Source of the DNA: Candidatus Rokuibacteriota bacterium
Lineage (GTDB): Bacteria > Methylomirabilota > Methylomirabilia > Rokubacteriales > CSP1-6
Reading direction: 5' to 3'
DNA: 64,000 nt
NCBI GenBank assembly: GCA_016209385.1
Contig: JACQWB010000265.1
Span: 13,977 to 77,976, forward strand
A program made the translations under genes and the position numbers. Each line of letters opens with the position of its first letter. Positions within the stretch are counted from its first letter, which is position 1. The notes under the pieces are model-generated. The model ran no database searches. It saw only the letters and a list, made by a program, of their open reading frames with translations, and was not told the DNA's origin. Positions 25,439-33,045 of the stretch are shown in pieces.

Positions 25439-25999
25439 TTAGCCGAGAATCGTCTCTACCGTCAGGCTGACGTCGCGGAAGGCTTCCAGGGAGATCGTTT
25501 CGCCGCGCGGGATCCGCCGGAAGTTTCGGTAGCCATCCGGCGTCGGGTCTCTATACTCTTCGACAGTTTCGGTTGAAAGGTCAACGAGCCACGCGTTGGG
25601 AATCCCCGCGCGAGCATACAGGGGAATCTTCACGGTTCGGTCAAACTCCACTGAGGTGTCCGCCACTTCGACCACAAGCCACACGTCCTCCGGTCCCGGG
25701 TGCGCCTGGGCATAGAAGTCAGGCCGGGGTCGAAGCAGGGCGAGGTCGGGCTGGGGTTCAGAGTGGAGACCAAGACCCAGAGGGCTTTGGACGGACACCG
25801 TGATCCGTTGACCGAGAAGCGAGTTGAACAGGTGACCCAGACGCCGTACGCACGCGGCATGGCGGGCGCCGATAGGGGTCATCTCAATTATCTCCCCTTC
25901 GATGAGCTCCACGCGATCATCTTCGGAGAAGACACCCGCCTGGCCCATCCGATGGTACTCCTCGACACTGAACCGGCGCCTGAGAAGCTGAACGTCCAT
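25439..25999 (-). CDS. Uma2-family (DUF820) putative restriction-endonuclease-like protein
   Basis: MDVQLLRRRFSVEEYHRMGQAGVF...RVELIEGEIIEM...PDLAL...VWLVVEV is the Uma2 signature. ATG at 25999 carries a purine-rich RBS; an alternative ATG lies at 26023. The track ORF is extended to 26095. Confidence 0.7.
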   Translation of the reverse strand: MDVQLLRRRFSVEEYHRMGQAGVFSEDDRVELIEGEIIEMTPIGARHAACVRRLGHLFNSLLGQRITVSVQSPLGLGLHSEPQPDLALLRPRPDFYAQAHPGPEDVWLVVEVADTSVEFDRTVKIPLYARAGIPNAWLVDLSTETVEEYRDPTPDGYRNFRRIPRGETISLEAFRDVSLTVETILG

Positions 26000-26091
26000 C
26001 GCCTTTTTCCTTGCTCCGACCATATGACGGAAAGAGAGGGTCGTCAAGTGTATCGGATCTGCTGCGCTCCAAGTTCTGTGGCTGACAGCAA

Positions 26092-26592
26092 TCATCCACC
26101 TTGTGGGCGGGCTAGGCGCTGGCGGACCAGCGCGGGGAGGTAGCCCGGGTCGGCAGCCGCGTCGGCTTTCGACACGAACTCGACGCCGGCGTGCCGGAGC
26201 TCCGGAGCCGGCGGCGCGTCACCCGTCACCACCATCACCGGCACGTCCCGGAGTCCCGACTCCTTGGCCATGGCTCCGATCAGATCCATTCCCGACCGGA
26301 GCGATCCCCCTTCCGGAACGCGGAGCCAGAGGTCCACGATCACGAGGGCGGGCCGGAGACGTCGGATCCCCTCGAGCCCGTCGTCGGCGGTGTCGCTCGA
26401 GGCGGTGCGGAAGCCCCCGCGCTGGAGAAAGAGCTGGAAGCAGCGGGCCAGCTCGGGATCGTCATCGATCACCAAGACCAACGGCGCGCCGTCCGGACCC
26501 TGTGGATCCCAGGGTCCCTGAGTCAGTTGCGACCCCTCACCATCGCGGTCCCTCACCCGTCGCGTGTCGCCCGGTCGTGAACCCGTCCTCAA
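26092..26592 (-). CDS. Single-domain response-regulator receiver (CheY-like), paralog of 28417..28872
   Basis: PLVLVIDDDPELARCFQLFLQRGGFRTASS...PALVIVDLWLR...VPVMVVTGD is the receiver fold, with an acidic pocket DDD and a phospho-acceptor D in IVDL. Confidence 0.65.
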   Translation of the reverse strand: MRTGSRPGDTRRVRDRDGEGSQLTQGPWDPQGPDGAPLVLVIDDDPELARCFQLFLQRGGFRTASSDTADDGLEGIRRLRPALVIVDLWLRVPEGGSLRSGMDLIGAMAKESGLRDVPVMVVTGDAPPAPELRHAGVEFVSKADAAADPGYLPALVRQRLARPQGG

Positions 26593-26648
26593 GTCTTGCC
26601 GATACCCGGCTCGCCCCGGCGCCCGAGTTCGGCCCTTCCATGGTCATT

Positions 26649-26677
26649 ATGCCCCGGCGAAGGGCATGAGATACAAT
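26649..26677 (+). promoter_or_regulatory. Candidate promoter/operator for the MNT-HEPN pair: palindrome ATGCCC-N7-GGGCAT, then a TACAAT -10-like hexamer
   Basis: atgccccggcgaagggcat at 26649..26667, and tacaat at 26672..26677, 14 nt before the ATG at 26691. Confidence 0.3.
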
Positions 26678-26690
26678 GCGGGGCAGCGCA

Positions 26691-27185
26691 ATGAGCCTTC
26701 TGCAAAGGTACGAGGATCTGCTGGAGCAGCTCTTGGTGGAAGTCACGGCCACCTACGGGCCCAGGCTGGTCGCGTGCGCCGTGTTCGGCTCCGTGGGGCG
26801 CGGCACGCCACGCGGCGACTCGGACATTGACCTCCTCCTCGTGGTGCGGGGCCTGCCGCGGGGCCGGCTCAAACGCGTGGAGGAGTTCCTGGTGGTCGAG
26901 AGCCGCCTCGATCCGGCGCTGAAGCCCGCGGAGCCCGGAGGCGCCCCGATTGGGCTCTCGCCCGTCTTCAAAACCCCCGAGGAGGTGGAAGCCGGCAGCC
27001 CACTGTTTCTCGACATGGTCGAGGACGCGAGGATCCTGTACGACCCCGAGGGCTTCTTGGCCGCGCATCTGGACCTGCTCCGTATCCGGCTTCGCGAGCT
27101 TGGCGCCCGACGGGTCCGCTCGGGGAACGCCTGGTACTGGGACCTCAAGCCGGACCTCAAGCCCGGCGAGGTGTTTACGCTGTGA
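26691..27185 (+). CDS. MNT-type minimal nucleotidyltransferase (antitoxin-like partner of HEPN)
   Basis: FGSVGRGTPRGDSDIDLLLVV is the GS-x9-DxD polymerase-beta nucleotidyltransferase motif. Start at the second in-frame ATG (26691; track 26676). Confidence 0.7.
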   Translation: MSLLQRYEDLLEQLLVEVTATYGPRLVACAVFGSVGRGTPRGDSDIDLLLVVRGLPRGRLKRVEEFLVVESRLDPALKPAEPGGAPIGLSPVFKTPEEVEAGSPLFLDMVEDARILYDPEGFLAAHLDLLRIRLRELGARRVRSGNAWYWDLKPDLKPGEVFTL

Positions 27186-27592
27186 CGAACCAGAGCCTCG
27201 CCCGGAGCTACCTGGTCAAAGCCCAGAAGCGACTCAAAGCCCTCGCGGTCCTTCGGGACGAGGGGGCGTACTCGGACGTCATCCGCGAGGCCCAGGAGCT
27301 GGTTGAGCTGGCCCTGAAGGGAATGCTTCGGGCGGCGGGCATCGAGCCGCCGAAGTTTCACGACGTCGGAGGACTGCTCCTCGAGCACGCGCGGAAGTTC
27401 TCCCAGGCGGCGCGTGAGCAGCTGCCCCGAACGCGCGTATCAGGATGCGGCGTGGGTGGTCACCCTCGCCAGCGAGGTGATCGAACCGAGGCAAGTCGGG
27501 ACTTGACAGCTCTGTTCCTGTCCCCTCCTGCCTACCGCGAGGGCCAGGTGGCCAGCCAGCGAACCCTAGGAAACCTTGGATGCACCGCCTGA
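27182..27592 (+). CDS. HEPN-domain protein (toxin-like partner of MNT). The C-terminal third may be frameshifted.
   Basis: ATGA overlap with the MNT gene. The helical N-terminal 85 aa (ARSYLVKAQKRLKALAVLRDEGAYSDVIREAQELVELALKGMLRAAGIEPPKFHDVGGLLLEH) are HEPN-like. The tail after REQLP is Gly/Arg-rich and overlaps the convergent PIN gene by 61 nt. Confidence 0.55.
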   Translation: MTNQSLARSYLVKAQKRLKALAVLRDEGAYSDVIREAQELVELALKGMLRAAGIEPPKFHDVGGLLLEHARKFSQAAREQLPRTRVSGCGVGGHPRQRGDRTEASRDLTALFLSPPAYREGQVASQRTLGNLGCTA

Positions 27593-27975
27593 TAGAACGG
27601 TTCATCCGCAGTAACCAAGTCCGCGTCCGTCGCAACGCTGAGGGCAAGGAAGAGCGCATCGTAGATGCTCTGCTGGTGCTCCAGGCCCAGGCGGTACGCC
27701 ATGGCAAGAAGGGGTAGACTCGGGACGATTTCGAACGGGATGGAGGCGAATGCCGAGAGAACGGCGGCTCCGTCCTCTGGATCAAGCCCCTCAAACATCA
27801 CGCGCTTCCAGACCACATTGGCGAACTCCGGATAGACGAGGTCTGGCCCCAGGGGGTGGTAGATGCCTGTCTGGAAGAGTTGACGGAGCCGGAGCGCTTG
27901 GTCCGAATAGGGTTCATCGAAGAACCACTTCACCGCCACGCTCGTGTCAACCGCCACACGTTGGACCGTGCTCAT
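27532..27975 (-). CDS. vapC: PIN-domain toxin VapC
   Basis: VAVDTSVAVKWFFDE carries the first acidic D of the PIN fold, with conserved D/E further on. 4-nt overlap with the upstream antitoxin. Confidence 0.75.
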   Translation of the reverse strand: MSTVQRVAVDTSVAVKWFFDEPYSDQALRLRQLFQTGIYHPLGPDLVYPEFANVVWKRVMFEGLDPEDGAAVLSAFASIPFEIVPSLPLLAMAYRLGLEHQQSIYDALFLALSVATDADLVTADEPFYQAVHPRFPRVRWLATWPSR

Positions 27976-28214
27976 CGCTGTCGGTCTTCCCGGAGGAGGG
28001 GAGCGCTGTCCTTAAACGTGCCGTACCCGGCTCGCAGTCGTTCCCTGAGGGTATCGACCATTTCCCACGCTGCCTGTGGGCCTTCGGGCCTTCCGAGAAC
28101 CTGTTCGAGGATCACCGCCGCTTCCTGGGTCACCGAGCGCCGGTTTCGCCTAGCACGCTTCTTTAGCCTTTGGTAGATCACTGCCGGAAGTGTCCGAATA
28201 TAAAGGGTCGCCAT
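27972..28214 (-). CDS. vapB: RHH (FitA/VapB-like) antitoxin
   Basis: MATLYIRTLPAVIYQRLKKRARRNRRSVTQEAAVILEQ matches the FitA-type plasmid-stability antitoxin N-terminus. GGAGGGG SD. Confidence 0.7.
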   Translation of the reverse strand: MATLYIRTLPAVIYQRLKKRARRNRRSVTQEAAVILEQVLGRPEGPQAAWEMVDTLRERLRAGYGTFKDSAPLLREDRQR

Positions 28215-28300
28215 GGAACCCCTCCAGAAATGTTCTCAAGTTCCATCATTTTGTGATCATTTTACCACATAATGCTAACACATTATATATTTGGGGCAAC
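28215..28300 (-). promoter_or_regulatory. AT-rich promoter/operator region of vapBC (the only AT-rich stretch in the window)
   Basis: ccatcattttgtgatcattttaccacataatgctaacacattatatatttgg. Direct repeats ATCATTTT x2 around a TGATCA palindrome. TAAAAT/TATAAT-like hexamers on the minus strand. Confidence 0.45.
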
Positions 28301-28416
28301 AGAGGACGAGCCCTGTGGGAAGCCGTGGGCGCGGGACGGGAGCTGGGCGACCTCCTGGTAGAGCGGGGCGCGCCGGAGGCCGAGCCGCTACTCCCGGAGA
28401 CGTTACGCCTGCTCCG

Positions 28417-28872
28417 TCACCCGCCAGCCTCGGCCCGCCGATCAGCCGGCGGCGACGCCAGTCGGCGTCGGACCAGATCGGGGAGGCGTGTTGGGTCGGC
28501 CGCGGCGGCGGCCTTCGCGACGAACTGAACCGCGCGGTCCCCGAACTGGTCGGGCTCCGGGACGTCGCCCGTCATGACGATCACGCGCAGGTCTCGGAGC
28601 GCTGGGTCCTCGCCGAGCGCCCGGATCAGGTCGGCCCCGGACTGGAGCGCCGCTCCCTCCCGGCTGCGGAGCCACAGGTCCACGATCGCGAGCGCCGGCC
28701 TGAGCGTCCGGATCCCGTCGAGGCCATCCGAGGCGGTCTCGGCGGACGCGGTCCGGAAGCCGCCCCGCTGGAGGAAGAGCTGGAAGCAGCGGGCCAGGTC
28801 CGCATCGTCCTCGACTAGGAAGACGAGCGGGGCACTCTCCGGGCCCTGGGCGATCCAGCGCGTCTGACTCAC
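28417..28872 (-). CDS. Single-domain response-regulator receiver (CheY-like), paralog of 26092..26592, translationally coupled to the lasso-cluster nucleotidyltransferase
   Basis: PLVFLVEDDADLARCFQLFLQRGGFRTASAETASDGLDGIRTLRPALAIVDLWLR. GTG start with a GGAGG SD 7 nt upstream, 13 nt after the stop of the upstream gene. The track ORF is extended to 28941. Confidence 0.65.
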   Translation of the reverse strand: MSQTRWIAQGPESAPLVFLVEDDADLARCFQLFLQRGGFRTASAETASDGLDGIRTLRPALAIVDLWLRSREGAALQSGADLIRALGEDPALRDLRVIVMTGDVPEPDQFGDRAVQFVAKAAAAADPTRLPDLVRRRLASPPADRRAEAGG

Positions 28873-28885
28873 GCGGCGACCTCCG

Positions 28886-30076
28886 TCAGCCGGGGTCTCC
28901 GGCCGCGCGGCGCCCGGGCGGGAGCAGCAGCGTCGTGGCACCCTTCGCGGCCTCCCGACCGAAGCCGCACACGCGGCGGGCGTACGCTGCGCCGAGCTGC
29001 CGTCTGCGGGTGAGCCCGTACTGCAGCAGCATGAATTCGGGCGACGGCGCGAGCAGGGCGAGCGCGTAACGGAGCTTCGCGCGGAGCCCCTTGAGGGCGA
29101 ACAGCATGCCCAGGCTCTCCACCCCGTCCACGCGCGACCCCTGGGCCAGCAGGCGAAGCAGCCGGCCCTCGAGCGATCGCGGACGTTCCAGCCTCAACCG
29201 ATCGAGGAGCGGATCCGGCATCGGCGTGGCAAAGAGTGCCCTCACCGTTCCCAGGACGCGCCCGAGAAGAAACTCGAGCCGCGTCTGGTGAGCGAGCGAC
29301 AGAAACCACGACCAGTCAACGAGGGCCGCCTCCCTGCGCAGGAGCTGATCGATCTCATAATACCAGAGCAGCGGGGCGGTCCCGTCCCGATGGGTCAGGT
29401 GAAGACAGAGGTGGAAGAGCAGCTCGTCCGCGGGGAGCACCCGGGTCTGGAGGCCGACAACCTGCCCTCCCAGGCACCGCGCCAAGAGCTGGTCCGTCTC
29501 CAGCCGGTCCACGAATGGCGGGTAGGTCAGCGTCCAGTGGGGCTCGACGATGATCCAGCCGTGACGGTCTTTGAAGAACTTGAGGGTGTAGGAGAAGGCC
29601 CGGGCGAAGCCCGGCCGGCGGTCCATCTCCGCAAATCCCAGGCTTCGGAGAAGCCCGCCCACGTCCGCCAGGTCCGCCTTCCTCACGAGGAGATCGATGT
29701 CCCCCATGGGGCGGGCCGTGATGTCGCCGTAGAGCCGCTCCGCCAGGGCCAGGCCCCGCAGCGGCGCGCACGCCAGCTTGCGCTCGTCGAAGGCCCTGAG
29801 GATGCTCGCCAGCTCGTCAGCCAGGATCAGGTTCCGGGCGGCAGAGCCGGCGGCCTGCGCTTCGAGCCGCTCCGCGAGCCCAGCCGGAAGCTGCCCGCCG
29901 ATCTCGGATCCCCTGAGCCGACGGTGGAGGAGCGGGGTGAATCCGTGCGTGGCTGCGTCGCTGACGATCGCTTCCCAGTCTGCCGGGGTCGGTGCGGGGA
30001 GCGTCGCGGGATCAGCGCCGCGAAGCAGTCCCATCAGGAAGGGGTGGACCATCAAGGCAGCCTCCGAAGCCCTCAT
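28886..30076 (-). CDS. PF14907-type nucleotidyltransferase-family protein, of the kind that often accompanies lasso-peptide clusters
   Basis: GDIDLLVRKADLADVGGLLRSLGF is a nucleotidyltransferase hG[GS]/DxD-like motif. 396 aa. 4-nt overlap with the upstream ABC gene. Confidence 0.65.
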   Translation of the reverse strand: MRASEAALMVHPFLMGLLRGADPATLPAPTPADWEAIVSDAATHGFTPLLHRRLRGSEIGGQLPAGLAERLEAQAAGSAARNLILADELASILRAFDERKLACAPLRGLALAERLYGDITARPMGDIDLLVRKADLADVGGLLRSLGFAEMDRRPGFARAFSYTLKFFKDRHGWIIVEPHWTLTYPPFVDRLETDQLLARCLGGQVVGLQTRVLPADELLFHLCLHLTHRDGTAPLLWYYEIDQLLRREAALVDWSWFLSLAHQTRLEFLLGRVLGTVRALFATPMPDPLLDRLRLERPRSLEGRLLRLLAQGSRVDGVESLGMLFALKGLRAKLRYALALLAPSPEFMLLQYGLTRRRQLGAAYARRVCGFGREAAKGATTLLLPPGRRAAGDPG

Positions 30077-31917
30077 CGCCGAACCTGCCCGGCGCCAGGG
30101 ACGCGCGACCGCTGGGGCCCGCAGTCTTCCCCGTGTTCACGCTCGGCGCCTTGCGCCTGCCACAGGGCGCGAAACCGCCCGCGCTCCCGCGCGATCAGAA
30201 TCCCCCAGGTTCCTGACTCCGCGAGGCGCCCGTCCTCGATCACGTAGATGATGTCGGCCTCCCGTACCGCGGAGAGCCGGTGGCTGATGACCACCAGTGT
30301 CAGCCTGCCGCGAAGGTTCCCCATCGCCTGTCGGATGCGTCGCTCGTTCTCAGAGTCCAGCGCGCTGACCGCTTCGTCCAGGATCAGGAGGCACGGCTTC
30401 CGGAGCAGCGCCCGGGCCAGGGCCAGACGCTGCCGTTCGCCCCCCGAGAGGAGCACGCCCCGATCGCCGACCATCGTGTCCAGTCCCTTCGGCAGTCTCG
30501 CCACGAACTCCTCGGCCGCTGCCAGGCTCAACGCCTCCCGGACCTCATCATCCGTCGCGCCTGGCGCCGCCCAGAGCAGGTTAGCGCGGACCGTGTCGTG
30601 GAAGAGAAAGGTCTCCTGGGTGACATAACCGATGCGGTCCCGCCAGGCTCCCACCCGCTCGGGAGTCAGCGGCACGCCGTCAACCAGCACGCGCCCGTCA
30701 TCGGGCGTGACCAGCCCGATGATCAGGTCGGCGATCGTGCTCTTGCCGCTCCCGGACGGGCCCACGATCGCGGTCGTCCGGCCGGCAGGAATACTCAGCT
30801 CGAGCTCGCGAATGACCGGGAGGCCGTCGTAGGCGAAGGAGACCCGATCCAGCCTGATGGCTGAGTTCAGCTCGACCGACTCGGCTCTGCGGGACCGGGG
30901 TTCCACCGCAGCCTCGCAGCGCCGCTGCATCTCCACGATCGACGCGAACGCCGGCAGCAGATTCACGAAGCTCTGATAGCTCTGCTGCACGCTGGCGAAC
31001 TTGGGCATCAGCCGTCCGAAGAGGAAGAGGAACAGGAGCAGCTCGGCGGCCGACAGGGCGAGCAGCTCGAGGGCCACGTACAGGATCGCGCTCAGGAGGC
31101 CCACCGAGCCGACCTCGAACCAGTACCTGACGTCAGCCTGGTTGCGGACGGCCCGCAGGTACATGTCCCGCACCCGCGCGCTGAGCCGCGCAAACAGCTC
31201 GGCGTGACGCTCCTCGGCCCCATAGCTCTTCGCGATCTTCATGCCGCCGAGATGCTCCGTCACGGCCGCGTACAAGTGGTTCGTCGCCTCGGAGAGCCCC
31301 TCGCCCGCCACGTGGGCCACCCGAGTCCGGCCCCTGAGCCCGACCATCAGCGCGACACCGCTGGCACAGATGACCGCTGTCATCATAAGCGAGAGCCTCA
31401 TCGCGAACCCGACATAGACAAGGACGACCACGGCGCTCGCCACCGAATGCAGCAGGCAGTGCGTCGCCCCGCCGACCCGTTCCACCTCGGCGGTCAGGAC
31501 ATGGGTGAAGTCCGCCGAGCGGCTCCGCGAAAAGAAGGGCCAGCTCGTATTAGCGATCGCCCGATAGAGCCGTGTCCGCAACGACGCCACAAACCCGTGC
31601 TCCACGCCGAGGCTGACGGTCGTCTGCCAGCGGGCCAGGAGCCCGTACAGGTTGACGATCAGCGCATAGGCGCCGAGCACGGCCACCAGGGTCGGGCCCA
31701 CGCCGGCCGCCGCAAAGATCGAGGAGACGAAGCGGGCGATCGCGCTCACGCCGCCCTGCTGAACATCCAGGCCGACGAGCTGGAGCAGCGGCACGAGCAT
31801 GAGGACCCCGATCCCTTCGGTCAGCCCCAGGCCGAGCATCAACCCGAGGGCCAGCGCGACCTTCCATCGCATCACGCCGACCAGGGTTGCCAGGTAGGAG
31901 CGGAAAGACTGGCGCAT
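30073..31917 (-). CDS. Fused TMD-NBD ABC exporter (lasso-peptide D protein, McjD-like)
   Basis: Walker A GPSGSGKST. ABC signature LSGGERQRLALARALL. Walker B LLILDEAVSALD. Six-helix N-terminal TMD. Confidence 0.85.
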   Translation of the reverse strand: MRQSFRSYLATLVGVMRWKVALALGLMLGLGLTEGIGVLMLVPLLQLVGLDVQQGGVSAIARFVSSIFAAAGVGPTLVAVLGAYALIVNLYGLLARWQTTVSLGVEHGFVASLRTRLYRAIANTSWPFFSRSRSADFTHVLTAEVERVGGATHCLLHSVASAVVVLVYVGFAMRLSLMMTAVICASGVALMVGLRGRTRVAHVAGEGLSEATNHLYAAVTEHLGGMKIAKSYGAEERHAELFARLSARVRDMYLRAVRNQADVRYWFEVGSVGLLSAILYVALELLALSAAELLLFLFLFGRLMPKFASVQQSYQSFVNLLPAFASIVEMQRRCEAAVEPRSRRAESVELNSAIRLDRVSFAYDGLPVIRELELSIPAGRTTAIVGPSGSGKSTIADLIIGLVTPDDGRVLVDGVPLTPERVGAWRDRIGYVTQETFLFHDTVRANLLWAAPGATDDEVREALSLAAAEEFVARLPKGLDTMVGDRGVLLSGGERQRLALARALLRKPCLLILDEAVSALDSENERRIRQAMGNLRGRLTLVVISHRLSAVREADIIYVIEDGRLAESGTWGILIARERGRFRALWQAQGAEREHGEDCGPQRSRVPGAGQVRR

Positions 31918-31918
31918 G

Positions 31919-32881
31919 TCAGAAGCGGCGGAGGTCCGACTCGAGCGCCGCGCGGACGGCCGGCAGCCGCGCGAGATCTCGCGGGAAGGCGAGGAGCCTG
32001 ACGGGAATCCGGGCGACGAGCCGCGCCGTCAGGTCGAACTGACGTGCGAGCCGTTCCGGTTCAACAATCACGGCGTTGAAGGTGTTCTTCAGCAGCGCGA
32101 GAAAGGCCTGGCGCGGAGCGAGCGGCCGGATCGTCACCCTTGCGCGTCGCGTATTCTGCGCCGGCGGCGTCAACACGTAGATCGCCTTCAGGGGCGCGGC
32201 GCCCAGCCAGGACATCTTCCACGCGAGCCGGATAACGAGTTTGGGCGTGAGGGGATTCATCGGGGTGCCCACGACCCCATCGCCGAACACGCGTTTGGCA
32301 ACCTCGGGAAAGAGCTTGATCCGTGGCGGGCCAGGCCACGCCCGGAAGCTGTGGCCGTTTTCTTCCACCACCAGGAGGTCGTCGGTCAGCAACGAATGCC
32401 CGGCCTGGAGAAAGGCCGCCCCAAGGCTCGACTTCCCGTAGCCGCAGTCGCCGACGAAGGCCACGGCCTTCCCGTCGACGACCACGACAGTCGCGTGGAG
32501 GGAATCGATGCCCTGCTTCAGGAGGGCGAACGAGAGGACCTGACCCAGCAGGTAGGTCTGAAACGCCTCGACGCTCCCGCCGTCGAGCGACCGGCCGGCG
32601 ATTCTACGCCCATCGGCCGAGATCACGAACTCGAACAGGCCCGACCATCGCAAATAACACGAGCCGTCGTCGAGCGACGCGTACCTGAACCAGGAAACGT
32701 CGTTCCGCTCGCCGCCGATCGTGCGATGGACTCGAGGGAAGAGCGATGCCGGTGCGCGGACCACCTCGGCGTCCACGCGGCCGCACCCGGCTACGCGACG
32801 ACACGGGAGCGGGATCACGCTCCGGACACTTAGCCCGTACGCCTGGTAGGCATACCGGCGTCTGGATCTCGACCGTGGCAC
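31919..32881 (-). CDS. HPr-kinase/phosphorylase-related kinase, a lasso-peptide tailoring kinase candidate
   Basis: P-loop VGDCGYGKSSLGAAFLQAGHSLLTDD matches the HprK C-terminal-domain Walker A. GTG start with an AGGAGG SD 5 nt upstream, immediately after the precursor ORF stop. Confidence 0.7.
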   Translation of the reverse strand: MPRSRSRRRYAYQAYGLSVRSVIPLPCRRVAGCGRVDAEVVRAPASLFPRVHRTIGGERNDVSWFRYASLDDGSCYLRWSGLFEFVISADGRRIAGRSLDGGSVEAFQTYLLGQVLSFALLKQGIDSLHATVVVVDGKAVAFVGDCGYGKSSLGAAFLQAGHSLLTDDLLVVEENGHSFRAWPGPPRIKLFPEVAKRVFGDGVVGTPMNPLTPKLVIRLAWKMSWLGAAPLKAIYVLTPPAQNTRRARVTIRPLAPRQAFLALLKNTFNAVIVEPERLARQFDLTARLVARIPVRLLAFPRDLARLPAVRAALESDLRRF

Positions 32882-32894
32882 CCCGGCCTCCTGA

Positions 32895-33044
32895 TTAACC
32901 TGTACCGGCCCTCGTCTTCGGGCCGGCCACGTTCGCCTCGCTCCTGTTCTTGGCCCCGCCCCTCGTGAGCGTTCGCAAGTCGCCGTAGCAGCGGAGTCGG
33001 GGCGGGGTGTACGGCTTTTTGGCCGGGCGGTTTAGCTTATTCAT
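32895..33044 (-). CDS. Candidate lasso-peptide precursor (A peptide), 49 aa, absent from the six-frame track
   Basis: Translation: MNKLNRPAKKPYTPPRLRCYGDLRTLTRGGAKNRSEANVAGPKTRAGTG*. The leader contains Y-T-P-P-R-L-R-C-Y-G (YxxPxLxxxG) and Thr at -2 (LTR|G). The core starts with Gly and has Glu8 as ring acceptor. GGGGGAG SD 8 nt upstream. It lies in the 164-bp gap between the cyclase and kinase genes. Confidence 0.6.
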   Translation of the reverse strand: MNKLNRPAKKPYTPPRLRCYGDLRTLTRGGAKNRSEANVAGPKTRAGTG

Positions 33045-33045
33045 C

